From Candidatus Levyibacteriota bacterium (lineage in GTDB: Bacteria; Patescibacteriota; Microgenomatia; Levybacterales; UBA12049), in the NCBI GenBank assembly GCA_016432345.1, contig CP066685.1, positions 304,236-368,235 on the forward strand: DNA of 64,000 bases, read 5' to 3'. Below, in pieces: positions 1-9,276 of this stretch. The position numbers and the translations under genes were made by a program. The notes beneath the pieces are model-generated. The model had not been told where the DNA came from. It worked only from the letters and a program-made list of their open reading frames with translations, and searched no databases. The number at the start of each line of letters is the position of its first letter. Positions within the stretch are counted from its first letter, which is position 1.

Positions 1-1064
1 ATCAGATGCACATTTTAGTGGTCGATGATAGTTCGCCAGACAAAACAGCGGATGTTGTAGAACAACTTACCAAAAAATATAAAAATCTTCATCTTCTTAA
101 TAATGGAAATAAATTAGGATTGGGGGCGGCCTATGTTCGCGGCATGAATACTGCTATAGAAAAATTAGGGGCAGAAGTAATGTTTGAAATGGATGCCGAT
201 TTATCACACGATCCTAAAAAAGTGCCGGAATTCTTGCAAAAAATTGATGAAGGATATGATATGGTAATTGGCACGCGTTATAGCCAGGGGGGATCAATCC
301 CTTCAAATTGGGGAATAATTCGTAAGATTTATTCGGTCTTTGGCAACCTTTTAGTAAAAGCAATTCTGATGCGATTTTGGATTCATGATTGGACAGGTGG
401 ATTTAGGGCACTTAGAAAAGAAGTATTTTTGAAAGAAAAAAAAGAGCTTACTTCATTCAGAGGATACACGTTTCAAGTTTCTTTTCTTCATAAAGCTGTT
501 AGAGACGGATTTAAAGTTGCAGAAGTGCCGATACATTTTACCGACAGAACGCTAGGGCGATCAAAAATTGCTCCTAAAGAATATATTGCGGAACTGCTTA
601 CTTATGTTGTTGCTGCAAGATTTTGGGAACTTGTGTATTCTCCGTTTCTAAAGTACGCAATTACTGGATTTACAGGATATATAATTAATGCAGTGGGTCT
701 TGAGTATTTTTATCGTCAAGGATTTCATCCATCTATTGCTGGTGCTATTGGAGCAGAATTATCCATAATATGGAATTTTGTAATAAATAATTTTTGGGCG
801 TTTAACCAATACAAAATTACAAATCCACTTAAAATTTTGGTAAAATTTCCACAGTTTAATCTAGTGTCGTTTGGGTCTTTAATAATAATTTCTGCAATTT
901 TAGCAGTGGGGAATTATTTTTTTGGCCCAGCCTCCAGGCAAATTTTTCTTGTCATAGCAATAGGTTTTTTTGTTATTCCTTATAGTTATTCGATGTATAA
1001 TATTTTTATATGGAAACGCTGGCATATTTCTTTTCTTTCGGGTCTTCAAAAAATGGTAGGATGA
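1..1064 (+). CDS. GT2 polyprenol-phosphate mannosyltransferase-like enzyme (DPM1/Ppm1 type) fused to a C-terminal GtrA-like membrane domain; 5' end cut by window edge
   Basis: ORF 6..1064 remains open back to nt 3. Motifs VVDDSSPDKT, EMDADLSHDP and VIGTRY are typical of Dol-P/polyprenol-P mannose synthases. The last ~130 aa are hydrophobic with a GtrA-like pattern (KYAITGFTGYIINAVGLEYF...NFVINNFWAF). Confidence 0.8.
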   Translation, partial: QMHILVVDDSSPDKTADVVEQLTKKYKNLHLLNNGNKLGLGAAYVRGMNTAIEKLGAEVMFEMDADLSHDPKKVPEFLQKIDEGYDMVIGTRYSQGGSIPSNWGIIRKIYSVFGNLLVKAILMRFWIHDWTGGFRALRKEVFLKEKKELTSFRGYTFQVSFLHKAVRDGFKVAEVPIHFTDRTLGRSKIAPKEYIAELLTYVVAARFWELVYSPFLKYAITGFTGYIINAVGLEYFYRQGFHPSIAGAIGAELSIIWNFVINNFWAFNQYKITNPLKILVKFPQFNLVSFGSLIIISAILAVGNYFFGPASRQIFLVIAIGFFVIPYSYSMYNIFIWKRWHISFLSGLQKMVG

Positions 1065-2695
1065 TACGAAATTTTCAATTTTCAATTTTCAATTTTCAAT
1101 TTCGGTTCACGCACCTAATTATTCTTGTAATTTTATTACTTGCATCATTTCTACGACTTTATAGAATTGATGAGTATATGACGTTTTTGGGGGATGAAGG
1201 AAGAGATGCGTTTGTTGTTTACGATATTCTTCATGGTAAGCCAACATTGCTTGGTCCAACTGCATCTGTTGGAGGATTTTTCCTAGGCCCTATCTATTAC
1301 TATTTTATGGCTCCTTTTCTATGGTTATTTAACTACAATCCTGTTGGGCCCGCTGTAATGGTGGCTTTATTTGGCGTTGCTACAGTTTGGTTGGTTTACA
1401 AAGCAGGAAGTGAATTTTTTAGTGAAAAAGTAGGCATTATTGCTGCTCTTTTATACGCAATTTCTCCAATTGTTATTGCATACTCGCGTTCTTCATGGAA
1501 TCCAAACTTGATGCCCTTTTTCTCGCTTCTCTCTCTTTTTGTTGTCTATAACGCAGTTGCAAAGAAAAATAATCTGCTTTTTCTATTGTGCGGATTTCTT
1601 TTGGGTATTGCTTTGCAGCTTCATTACTTAACGATTTTTTTGAGTTTTATTATTGGCATATACATATTATGCGATGAGTTATGGTTGCAATATATTAAGA
1701 AAGCAAAACTTTTCGGCAGAGCAGGCATTGTTGTTGCGAAACAATACCTTTTTATTCTGGGTGGATTATTAGCTGGTTGGCTGCCGTTTTTTTTATTTGA
1801 AGTGAGGCATGGATTTCCCAATATTCAAAGCATTGCTAAGTTTATATTTTTTTCTGGCGATACTGGTACTAATATGAGTTTTTTCCCGGTGGTGATGGAT
1901 GTTTTTTTTCGTCTTTTTGGCAGATTGGCAACTGCATTTCCTCCTCCGGAGCAAATATCTGTGAGAGATTCTGTTGTAGCTTTTGATTTGGTTTTAGAGA
2001 GAATTACTATTCCTGCGACACCATTCTACCTTTTTACACTTTTTTTAGGAATCTTTTCGGCCTCCCTTTTTTTATGGAAATTTTACTTGATGCTTCGGGA
2101 AAAAAAAGAAAATATTCAAATACAACTTCTTGTCTTTTTATGGTTTTCTTTGGGTATTATGCTGTTTGGTTTTTACAAAAAACCAATTTATGATTACTAT
2201 TTTGGATTTCTTTTTCCATTACCCTTTTTACTTATTGGCAATGCTCTGTGGTTTTTATGGCAAAAGAGAAATGTTTTTAGTTTGGTAGCCGTTGGCATTT
2301 TTATTATATTGCTTACTGTGAATTTGCAGGGAATTCCGTTTCGGTCAGGAGCAAATCGTCAGTTAGCGCAGATGCAAACGATTGCCAATTTTGTTTTAAG
2401 TAAAACTGAAGGAAAACCATATAATTTTGCCATTATTAGTGGTGGTAATTCCGATCATGCATATCGGTACTTTTTTAGATTAGCAGGAAAAGACCCTGTC
2501 GAAATTAAAAAACCATACGAAGATTTCAATCGAAATTCGGTAACAAATCAACTTTTTGTGGTGTGCGAAGGACCATGTTCTCCTCCTGGAAATCCAGCCT
2601 GGGAAATTTCTGGTTTTGGCAGAGCAGAGATTATGGAAAAATGGGATGTATCAGTGGTAAGAGTATATAAGCTTGTTCATTATAAAAAGCAATAA
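1061..2695 (+). CDS. Polytopic membrane glycosyltransferase, GT-C fold (ArnT/PMT GT39-like)
   Basis: ORF 1010..2695. The likely start is ATG 1061, in an ATGA overlap with the upstream stop. There are more than 10 predicted TM helices and an N-terminal loop motif FLGDEGRDAFVVYDIL of the DE-containing GT-C type. It sits directly downstream of a polyprenol-P-sugar synthase. Confidence 0.6.
   Translation: MIRNFQFSIFNFQFRFTHLIILVILLLASFLRLYRIDEYMTFLGDEGRDAFVVYDILHGKPTLLGPTASVGGFFLGPIYYYFMAPFLWLFNYNPVGPAVMVALFGVATVWLVYKAGSEFFSEKVGIIAALLYAISPIVIAYSRSSWNPNLMPFFSLLSLFVVYNAVAKKNNLLFLLCGFLLGIALQLHYLTIFLSFIIGIYILCDELWLQYIKKAKLFGRAGIVVAKQYLFILGGLLAGWLPFFLFEVRHGFPNIQSIAKFIFFSGDTGTNMSFFPVVMDVFFRLFGRLATAFPPPEQISVRDSVVAFDLVLERITIPATPFYLFTLFLGIFSASLFLWKFYLMLREKKENIQIQLLVFLWFSLGIMLFGFYKKPIYDYYFGFLFPLPFLLIGNALWFLWQKRNVFSLVAVGIFIILLTVNLQGIPFRSGANRQLAQMQTIANFVLSKTEGKPYNFAIISGGNSDHAYRYFFRLAGKDPVEIKKPYEDFNRNSVTNQLFVVCEGPCSPPGNPAWEISGFGRAEIMEKWDVSVVRVYKLVHYKKQ
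1070..1103 (+). repeat. Heptanucleotide tandem array (AATTTTC) x4 perfect plus one unit lacking a T, in frame at codons 4-14 of the GT-C gene
   Basis: Read directly: aattttc aattttc aattttc aattttc aatttc. It encodes NFQFSIFNFQF. Confidence 0.95.
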
Positions 2696-3849
2696 TGCAG
2701 CGAATTATTATTTCTTTGATAGGTATTTTTTTAATTTGGAGAGTTCTTCTTTTTGTTCCACTTTTTATTGGACAGCAATTATTTATATACAGACAAGCAT
2801 TTGATTATACAAATATATGGAAATTTATAAAGCCATACGAGCCGGTAAATAATATACTGCTTTACCCATGGGCAAATTTTGATGGTGTATATTATCTTGC
2901 AATAGCGGGAGGCGAATATACTAAAGATAATGCTGGATTTTTCCCAGCTTTTCCCTTATTGATTAATGTTATTCATTTAGTTTTGGGAGGCGGTCAAACA
3001 TATGGATTAATGCAGTTTTTTTCTGCGTTGTTTATAGTTAATATTGTATTTATTTTAAGTTTATATGCATTTTATAAATTACTTAGGTTTGATTATGACC
3101 ATAGTACATCTACTAAAATAATTATTTTACTTCTTATTTTTCCAACATCTTTTTATTTTGTAAGTATTTATTCAGAAGGATTATTTTTTTTATTAACAGT
3201 TTTATCGTTTTATTTTGCAAGAAAGAGGCAATGGTTTTTTGCTGGGATATGCGGTATGTTTCTTACCGCAACAAGAATTGTTGGGGTGGCAATTTTTCCA
3301 GCTTTGGTTTACGAATTATATTTTCAAGAAAAAACATTTAAAACAAAAAAAATTATAAATTTATTTTTTATCCCGATTGGTATTGTAAGTTATGGTGTTT
3401 TTAATCTAGTAAGCTGGGGTAATTTTTTTCATTTTTTACAAGCGCATGGCACTTTAGGAAATGGGCGATCTACGGATTCGCTAGTACTTTTTCCACAAAC
3501 TATTTTTCGTTATATAAAAATTATATTTTCGGTTTCACCAGATATTTATGAGTGGTGGATTGCGCTTTTAGAGCTTGTTATTTTTATTGTTGCAATGTTG
3601 CTTATATATTTAGGTTTTAAAAAACTAATTCGTTTGTCTTATCTTGTTTTTGCCGCAATTGCATTTTTAATTCCTGTTTTTTCTGGAACATTTAGCGGAT
3701 TACCTAGATATGTAATTGTTTTATTTCCTTTATTTATTACCTTAGCATTAATAAATAAGAAGTGGATACATGTAACATATGTTGTTTGTGGAATAATTCT
3801 TTCTTTTTTACTTCTTATGCTCTTTTCCAGGGGATATTTTATTGCATAA
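2695..3849 (+). CDS. Integral membrane protein, PIG-V/GT-C-like mannosyltransferase family candidate
   Basis: ORF of 384 aa, about 9-10 TM helices. The motif WANFDGVYYLAIAGGEYTKDNAGFFPAFPLLI resembles the PIG-V-type mannosyltransferase signature. ATGA-type junction with the upstream GT-C gene. Confidence 0.5.
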   Translation: MQRIIISLIGIFLIWRVLLFVPLFIGQQLFIYRQAFDYTNIWKFIKPYEPVNNILLYPWANFDGVYYLAIAGGEYTKDNAGFFPAFPLLINVIHLVLGGGQTYGLMQFFSALFIVNIVFILSLYAFYKLLRFDYDHSTSTKIIILLLIFPTSFYFVSIYSEGLFFLLTVLSFYFARKRQWFFAGICGMFLTATRIVGVAIFPALVYELYFQEKTFKTKKIINLFFIPIGIVSYGVFNLVSWGNFFHFLQAHGTLGNGRSTDSLVLFPQTIFRYIKIIFSVSPDIYEWWIALLELVIFIVAMLLIYLGFKKLIRLSYLVFAAIAFLIPVFSGTFSGLPRYVIVLFPLFITLALINKKWIHVTYVVCGIILSFLLLMLFSRGYFIA

Positions 3850-3907
3850 TCTTATTGACAGAAAAGAAAAAACAAGGTAAACTATTACTACATTAGTATT
3901 AGTTTAT

Positions 3908-4321
3908 ATGGTACGATTTTCAAGAAGAGAAGATTACGCGGTTATTTTAGTTACTACACTTGCGGAGCATTATAGTCGTGGTCTTATATCGCTTTCGGAA
4001 GTTGCAAAATCTTATAAACTCTCACTTCTTTTTTTGCGAAATGTCGCAAACGATTTACGCAACAAAAGTATTGTAAAAGCAGTTGAAGGTAAAAAAGGCG
4101 GATACAAACTCTCAAAAAATCCCAAAGATTTAAAAATGGGAGAAGTATTAAAAGCGTTTTCTACAGAAGCATTATTAAGTTGTTGCTCTGCTTTTTCTGT
4201 AAAGGGAAAATGTCCGCAGGAAGGATTTTGTCGCACAGGCTATATTTGGCGTAAATTAAATAGAGAATTTTTAGAAAGAATTTCTAGTTTAAGCGTTTTG
4301 GATTTTATGCATTATAAATAA
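3908..4321 (+). CDS. Rrf2 family transcriptional regulator (IscR/SufR-like, Cys-rich C-terminal half)
   Basis: N-terminal wHTH pattern MVRFSRREDYAVILVTTLA...GGYKLSK, and cysteines at CCSAFSVKGKCPQEGFC. It lies immediately upstream of sufC. Confidence 0.85.
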   Translation: MVRFSRREDYAVILVTTLAEHYSRGLISLSEVAKSYKLSLLFLRNVANDLRNKSIVKAVEGKKGGYKLSKNPKDLKMGEVLKAFSTEALLSCCSAFSVKGKCPQEGFCRTGYIWRKLNREFLERISSLSVLDFMHYK

Positions 4322-4322
4322 T

Positions 4323-5051
4323 ATGCTAATTATTAAAAATCTGCAAATTTCAGTACAAGATAAAGAAATAGTTAAGGGAATTGACTTAACAATTAAAAGC
4401 GGAGAAGTACACGCTATTATGGGGCCAAATGGCGCTGGTAAAACAACGTTAGCCATGGGGATGATGGGACAACCGCAGTTCAAAGTTCAAAGTTCAAAGT
4501 TTAAAGTTAATGGTGAGGATATGCTTAATAAGCTACCTGAAGAACGGGCAAGGGCTGGGCTTTTTGTATCGTTTCAGTCTCCGGTTGAAATAACAGGGGT
4601 ATCATTTTTATCGTTTCTTCGTACTGCTTATAAAGCACTTTATAGTCAGGAAAAAGTACCGCTGTCAGAATTTAAACAAAGAGTGAAAAATGCGTTAGCA
4701 ACAGTGTTTCTTCCTGAAGAATTTATGCATAGATCGCTTAACGAAGGGTTTTCGGGAGGAGAAAAAAAGCGAGCAGAAATTGCCCAGTTATTGGTGCTGC
4801 GGCCAAAATTTGCAATTCTTGACGAAATAGACTCCGGACTCGATGTTGATAGCCTAAAAATTGTTGCAAAGGCAATAAAAGAAGTAGTTACAAAGTATCG
4901 ATTGGGAATTTTTCTTATTACTCATTACCAGCGGATATTACATTACCTGCGGCCTAATTATGTCCATGTGTTAATGGATGGGAAAATTAAAAAATCAGGT
5001 GGTATTAGTTTAGTCCGCTTGATTGAAAAAGAAGGATATGCAGCAATTTAA
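4323..5051 (+). CDS. sufC: Fe-S cluster assembly ATPase SufC
   Basis: Walker [10 protein letters not shown], signature FSGGEKKR, Walker [18 protein letters not shown]. Collinear with E. coli SufC as I recall it. Confidence 0.95.
   Translation: MLIIKNLQISVQDKEIVKGIDLTIKSGEVHAIMGPNGAGKTTLAMGMMGQPQFKVQSSKFKVNGEDMLNKLPEERARAGLFVSFQSPVEITGVSFLSFLRTAYKALYSQEKVPLSEFKQRVKNALATVFLPEEFMHRSLNEGFSGGEKKRAEIAQLLVLRPKFAILDEIDSGLDVDSLKIVAKAIKEVVTKYRLGIFLITHYQRILHYLRPNYVHVLMDGKIKKSGGISLVRLIEKEGYAAI
4478..4505 (+). repeat. Heptanucleotide array (GTTCAAA) x3 perfect plus GTTTAAA inside sufC
   Basis: Read directly: gttcaaa gttcaaa gttcaaa gtttaaa. It encodes [10 protein letters not shown]. Confidence 0.95.
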
Positions 5052-6429
5052 TACTTCCAATTATGAATATGGATTCCATGATCTTATAAAGCCGGTTTTT
5101 TCAACAAAAAAGGGTTTGTCAGAAAAAGTGGTAAGAGAAATTTCCTGGATGAAAAAAGAGCCAGCATGGATGTTAGAGCATAGGCTTAAGGCACTCGCTC
5201 TTTTTTACTCCAAAAAAATGCCTGGTTTTGGTGGGGATTTATCTACTCTTGATTTTGATAATATTTTTTATTATGTAAAGCCAATGGACAAGCAGGGACG
5301 TACTTGGGAAGAGGTGCCATCTGAAATTAAAAACACCTTCGATAAGATTGGTATTCCAGAAGCAGAGAAAAAATTTTTGGCAGGAGTTGGCGCGCAATAT
5401 GATTCAGAAATGGTATACCACAGTGTTTCTAAAATGCTCGAGAAAAAAGGCGTTATTTTTGTTGACACAGACACTGCAGTACAAAAATACCCAGAACTAG
5501 TTCGGCAATATTTTGGCACTATTATTCCAGCTGCCGATAACAAATTTGCTGCATTAAATACAGCTGTTTGGTCTGGTGGGTCATTTATCTATATACCTAA
5601 AGGTGTTTATGTAGAGCTTCCGCTTCAAGCCTACTTTCGTATTAATGCCAAAAATATGGGACAGTTTGAGCGGACTTTAATTTTGGCAGACGAGGGAAGT
5701 TACGTCCATTATGTCGAGGGATGCACTGCACCGATATTTACTACCGATTCGCTCCATTCTGCAGTGGTTGAAATTTTAGTAAAAAAAGGAGCACGAGTTA
5801 GGTACACAACAATTCAAAATTGGAGCAAGAATGTATACAACTTAGTTACCAAACGGATGTTTGTGGAAGAAGAAGGTTTTGGTGAATGGATAGATGGGAA
5901 TTTAGGTAGTCAACTAACCATGAAATATCCATCGGTGTACCTAAAGGGAAGAAAAGCCCGGGGAGAAATTTTATCTTTGGCATTCGCGGGAGCAGGGCAA
6001 CATCAAGATGCGGGGGGAAAGGCAATCCACTTAGCGCCAGAGACAACATCTGTTATTAGCTCAAAATCGGTCAGTAAAGATGGCGGGCGAACTTCGTATC
6101 GGGGGCTGTTGAAGGTTGCTAAAGGTGCAGTAAATAGTAAATCAACAGTCAGATGCGATGCTCTTATTTTGGATGATAAAAGTAGATCGGATACTTATCC
6201 GACAATGGAAATTAATGAAGAAAAAGTGACTATTGGACACGAAGCCTCGGTTTCAAAAATTGGTGAAGAGCAGTTATTTTACTTTCAATCTCGTGGTATT
6301 CCCCAAGCGCAAGCGGAAGTGATGATTGTTAATGGATTTGTCGAGCCAATTGTGCGGGAGTTACCAATGGAATATGCGGTGGAACTAAATAGATTGATTC
6401 AATTGGAGATGACAGGGGCGGTTGGATGA
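5038..6429 (+). CDS. sufB: Fe-S cluster assembly scaffold SufB
   Basis: ORF 5023..6429 (TTG at 5023; first ATG at 5038). Conserved SufB blocks are [27 protein letters not shown] and HEASVSKI. Confidence 0.93.
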   Translation: MQQFNTSNYEYGFHDLIKPVFSTKKGLSEKVVREISWMKKEPAWMLEHRLKALALFYSKKMPGFGGDLSTLDFDNIFYYVKPMDKQGRTWEEVPSEIKNTFDKIGIPEAEKKFLAGVGAQYDSEMVYHSVSKMLEKKGVIFVDTDTAVQKYPELVRQYFGTIIPAADNKFAALNTAVWSGGSFIYIPKGVYVELPLQAYFRINAKNMGQFERTLILADEGSYVHYVEGCTAPIFTTDSLHSAVVEILVKKGARVRYTTIQNWSKNVYNLVTKRMFVEEEGFGEWIDGNLGSQLTMKYPSVYLKGRKARGEILSLAFAGAGQHQDAGGKAIHLAPETTSVISSKSVSKDGGRTSYRGLLKVAKGAVNSKSTVRCDALILDDKSRSDTYPTMEINEEKVTIGHEASVSKIGEEQLFYFQSRGIPQAQAEVMIVNGFVEPIVRELPMEYAVELNRLIQLEMTGAVG

Positions 6430-6995
6430 AGAATATAAAAATAGTTGTAAACAAAAATGAAGAAAAGGTAGTGCCGTTTGTGTGGGTAAATGGGAAAGAA
6501 ACGGAAGTTTCGATAGAAGCAAGGCTTGCAGGAGATGGTGCGAGTTTAAAAATTGTAGGGATTTTTTTTGGTTCAGATTCACATTCAGTAATTTTTAATA
6601 CCAACGTGGTGCACGAGGCAAAAAATACTAAGAGTCTTACTACTATTCGTGGGGTTTTTACAGATCACGCTTCTATTAATAATGACGGCATGGTGCGGAT
6701 TAACAAAGGAGCAAAAAATGCCGATGGGTATTTTGCTTCCAAAATTTTGCTTTTTGATAATGCAAAAGGCAGGAGCGTACCATCACTTGAAATAGATGAA
6801 AATGAATTAAAGGCAGGGCATGCCTCAACTGTTGGGAGACCAGACGAGAATCAGTTATTTTATCTTCGAAGTCGTGGCTTGTCGGAAAAGCAGGCCTCAG
6901 AATTAATTGTTTCGGGATTTTTTGAGCCTATTATTACGTTATTGCCACAATCTGATCAGGAAGTTGTGAGAAAGGAAATCTATGCAGCAATATAA
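6426..6995 (+). CDS. sufD: Short SufD-like Fe-S assembly protein (C-terminal SufB/D beta-helix region only)
   Basis: 189 aa with blocks [52 protein letters not shown] overlap with sufB. Confidence 0.8.
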   Translation: MKNIKIVVNKNEEKVVPFVWVNGKETEVSIEARLAGDGASLKIVGIFFGSDSHSVIFNTNVVHEAKNTKSLTTIRGVFTDHASINNDGMVRINKGAKNADGYFASKILLFDNAKGRSVPSLEIDENELKAGHASTVGRPDENQLFYLRSRGLSEKQASELIVSGFFEPIITLLPQSDQEVVRKEIYAAI

Positions 6996-8196
6996 AAAAG
7001 ATTTTCCAATTTTCCAGAAAAACCAAAAACTTGTTTATTTAGATTCTGCTGCAACAAGTCAAAAGCCAAAAATTGTACTAGATGCAATAGTGGAATACTA
7101 CGAAACTTATAATGCGAATGTTCGACGCGGTTTATATGCAATTGCCGAAAAAGCAACAGTAAAGGTAGAAGAGGTACGAAAACAGACAGCAAGGTTTATA
7201 AATGCCAAATATCCAGAAGAGATAATTTTTGTTCGCAATGCCACAGAGGCAATAAATTTAGTAGCCTATAGTTTAGGAAACTATATCAAAAAAGGAGATA
7301 GTATTGTTACAACAATTATGGAGCATCACAGTAATTTTGTGCCGTGGCAACAACTTGCCAAAATTAATGGTGCTAAATTTGAAGTCATAGATATCAATGA
7401 TAATTTTCAATTTTCAATTTTCAATTTTCAATCAAATCTCAATTTTCAAAAATCAAAAATGCTAGCTATTACGCATGTATCGAATGTTTTAGGGACAATT
7501 AATCCTATTAAGGAAATTATTAGAAAGGTAAGATCGAAAAATCCTCATATTAAAATTCTTGTTGATGCGGCACAGTCGGTACCACACATGTCAGTTGATG
7601 TGCAGGATTTGGATTGTGATTTTCTTGTATTTTCGGGGCACAAAATGATGGCAAGTACTGGCATTGGGGTATTGTATGGTAAAAAAGAATTATTGGCGCA
7701 GATACAACCATTTTTATATGGAGGAGACATGATTAAAGAAGTTACAATTGAACGGACAATCTTTGCAGACGTGCCGTATAAATTCGAAGCAGGAACTCCA
7801 GATATTGCTGGAATTATTAGTTTAGGTAGTGCAATTGAGTATATAAATAGTACGGGTATAAATAGAGTTCAGAATTATGAATTTAGAATTATGAATTATG
7901 CAATGGAGAGATTAAAAAAAATTGATGGACTCACGTTGTATGGTCCTCAAAATGCTCAAAACCGAAGTGGAGTAATAAGTTTTAACATTGATGGGATTCA
8001 CGCGCATGATGTGGCGCAGGTTTTGGGAGATATGAATATTTGTATTCGCTCCGGCCATCACTGCACCATGCCGCTCCACAAAAGATTAGGTGTGCCTGCC
8101 ACCGCCCGGGCAAGTTTTTATATTTATAATGATGAAGAAGATGTTGATAAACTTATTGATGGGTTAAAAGAAGTAAAAAAGATTTTTAGTCATTAA
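6982..8196 (+). CDS. sufS: Cysteine desulfurase SufS (class V aminotransferase)
   Basis: Blocks LAITHVSNVLGT, FSGHKM (PLP lysine) and RSGHHCTMPL (catalytic Cys loop). Collinear with E. coli SufS as I recall it. Confidence 0.95.
   Translation: MQQYKKDFPIFQKNQKLVYLDSAATSQKPKIVLDAIVEYYETYNANVRRGLYAIAEKATVKVEEVRKQTARFINAKYPEEIIFVRNATEAINLVAYSLGNYIKKGDSIVTTIMEHHSNFVPWQQLAKINGAKFEVIDINDNFQFSIFNFQSNLNFQKSKMLAITHVSNVLGTINPIKEIIRKVRSKNPHIKILVDAAQSVPHMSVDVQDLDCDFLVFSGHKMMASTGIGVLYGKKELLAQIQPFLYGGDMIKEVTIERTIFADVPYKFEAGTPDIAGIISLGSAIEYINSTGINRVQNYEFRIMNYAMERLKKIDGLTLYGPQNAQNRSGVISFNIDGIHAHDVAQVLGDMNICIRSGHHCTMPLHKRLGVPATARASFYIYNDEEDVDKLIDGLKEVKKIFSH
7402..7459 (+). repeat. Heptanucleotide array (AATTTTC) x4 perfect, followed by degenerate 7-nt units (aatcaaa tctcaat tttcaaa aatcaaa aat) inside sufS
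   Basis: Read directly. It encodes NFQFSIFNFQSNLNFQKSK. The degenerate tail mixes the AATTTTC and TCTCAAA unit types. Confidence 0.9.
7871..7900 (+). repeat. 14-nt tandem duplication (agaattatgaattt / agaattatgaatta) inside sufS
   Basis: Read directly. It encodes QNYEFRIMNY. Confidence 0.85.
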
Positions 8197-8210
8197 ATTA
8201 TTTAAAGTTT

Positions 8211-8633
8211 ATGAATAAAAAGATACCCAAAGTTAATGTAGATATTTTAATAATAAGAGGAAATAAGGTTCTTTTAGGGCTTTTAACCCAAAAGTGGAGT
8301 TATTTGGGAAAACAAATGTATGGTGTTCCAGGACGGGATGTTAAATTTGGAGAAAAAATTGGTGATACAGTAAAAAGAGATATTAGAAAAGATTTAGGTT
8401 GTGAGGTTTTGTCTCACAAAATTATTTGTGTAAACGCAAACTACGCGTTAGGAAATCATTATATTGGCATTGGGGTTGTGGCAGAAATAAAAGGGGAGAT
8501 TAAAAACTTAATTCCAGAAGATTGGGAGAAATGGGAATGGTTTGATAAAGATACAATTCCAAGTAATCTTTTTCCAGCGACTAAAAATCTTATTGAATGT
8601 TACTTAAAAAATAAATTTACGGTTTCTGAATAA
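8211..8633 (+). CDS. NUDIX-fold protein with a degenerate NUDIX box
   Basis: PGRDVKFGEKIGDTVKRDIRKDLG aligns to GX5EX7REUXEEXGU, but RE is replaced by RD and EE by KD. Embedded between sufS and sufU. Confidence 0.65.
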   Translation: MNKKIPKVNVDILIIRGNKVLLGLLTQKWSYLGKQMYGVPGRDVKFGEKIGDTVKRDIRKDLGCEVLSHKIICVNANYALGNHYIGIGVVAEIKGEIKNLIPEDWEKWEWFDKDTIPSNLFPATKNLIECYLKNKFTVSE

Positions 8634-8635
8634 TT

Positions 8636-9019
8636 ATGGACACACAAAGTTTATATCGTGAAGAATTATTAGAACACTACCGGAATCCACAAAATTTTGG
8701 GAAATTGTCTCATTTTGATATTTCATCAAAACAATCAAACCCATTTTGCGGAGATCATGTCGAGATGTTTATTACATTGGAGAAAGATAAAATAAAAAAC
8801 ATTGGGTTTGATGGTCGTGGTTGTGCGATTAGTATGGCGGGAGGGTCTATGTTGACGGAATTTGCAAAAGGAAAAACAAAAGAGGAGTTGACAAGTTTTT
8901 CGGAAAAAGATATGCTTGCGTTATTAGGAATTGAAGTATCGGAAACACGCAAAAAATGCGCGCTTTTGGCACTTTCGGTTTTAAAGGATTGTTTGTATGG
9001 CGTTAAAAGTAAAAGTTGA
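8636..9019 (+). CDS. sufU: SufU/IscU-type sulfur-transfer (Fe-S scaffold-like) protein
   Basis: LYREELLEHYRNPQNFG, and Cys motifs CGDHVEM, GRGCAIS and KKCALLA. Confidence 0.88.
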   Translation: MDTQSLYREELLEHYRNPQNFGKLSHFDISSKQSNPFCGDHVEMFITLEKDKIKNIGFDGRGCAISMAGGSMLTEFAKGKTKEELTSFSEKDMLALLGIEVSETRKKCALLALSVLKDCLYGVKSKS

Positions 9020-9275
9020 TCGGGAATTGTGTATTGGCGCCGCAAGTTGTGTTGCGGTTGCCCCTAATACGTTTGAGTTAGATAGTGAAGGAAAAGCTGT
9101 AGTTAAAAAAAAAGATGGTTCTGTTGAACCAACATCTAATTTTGTCGCTTATACAGATATTAACGATACAGAGGAAAATATTCTTAATTCTGCCAAGTCG
9201 TGTCCGGTAAATGCGATTATTATTGTTGAAGTAGATGATGCAGGAAATGAAATCCGCCAAGTCTGGCCCTCCTAG
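8997..9275 (+). CDS. Small ferredoxin (single-cluster type)
   Basis: VDRELCIGAASCVAVAPNTFELD ... SCPVNAI pattern. It overlaps the sufU end and precedes the oxidoreductase genes. Confidence 0.8.
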   Translation: MALKVKVDRELCIGAASCVAVAPNTFELDSEGKAVVKKKDGSVEPTSNFVAYTDINDTEENILNSAKSCPVNAIIIVEVDDAGNEIRQVWPS

Positions 9276-9276
9276 T

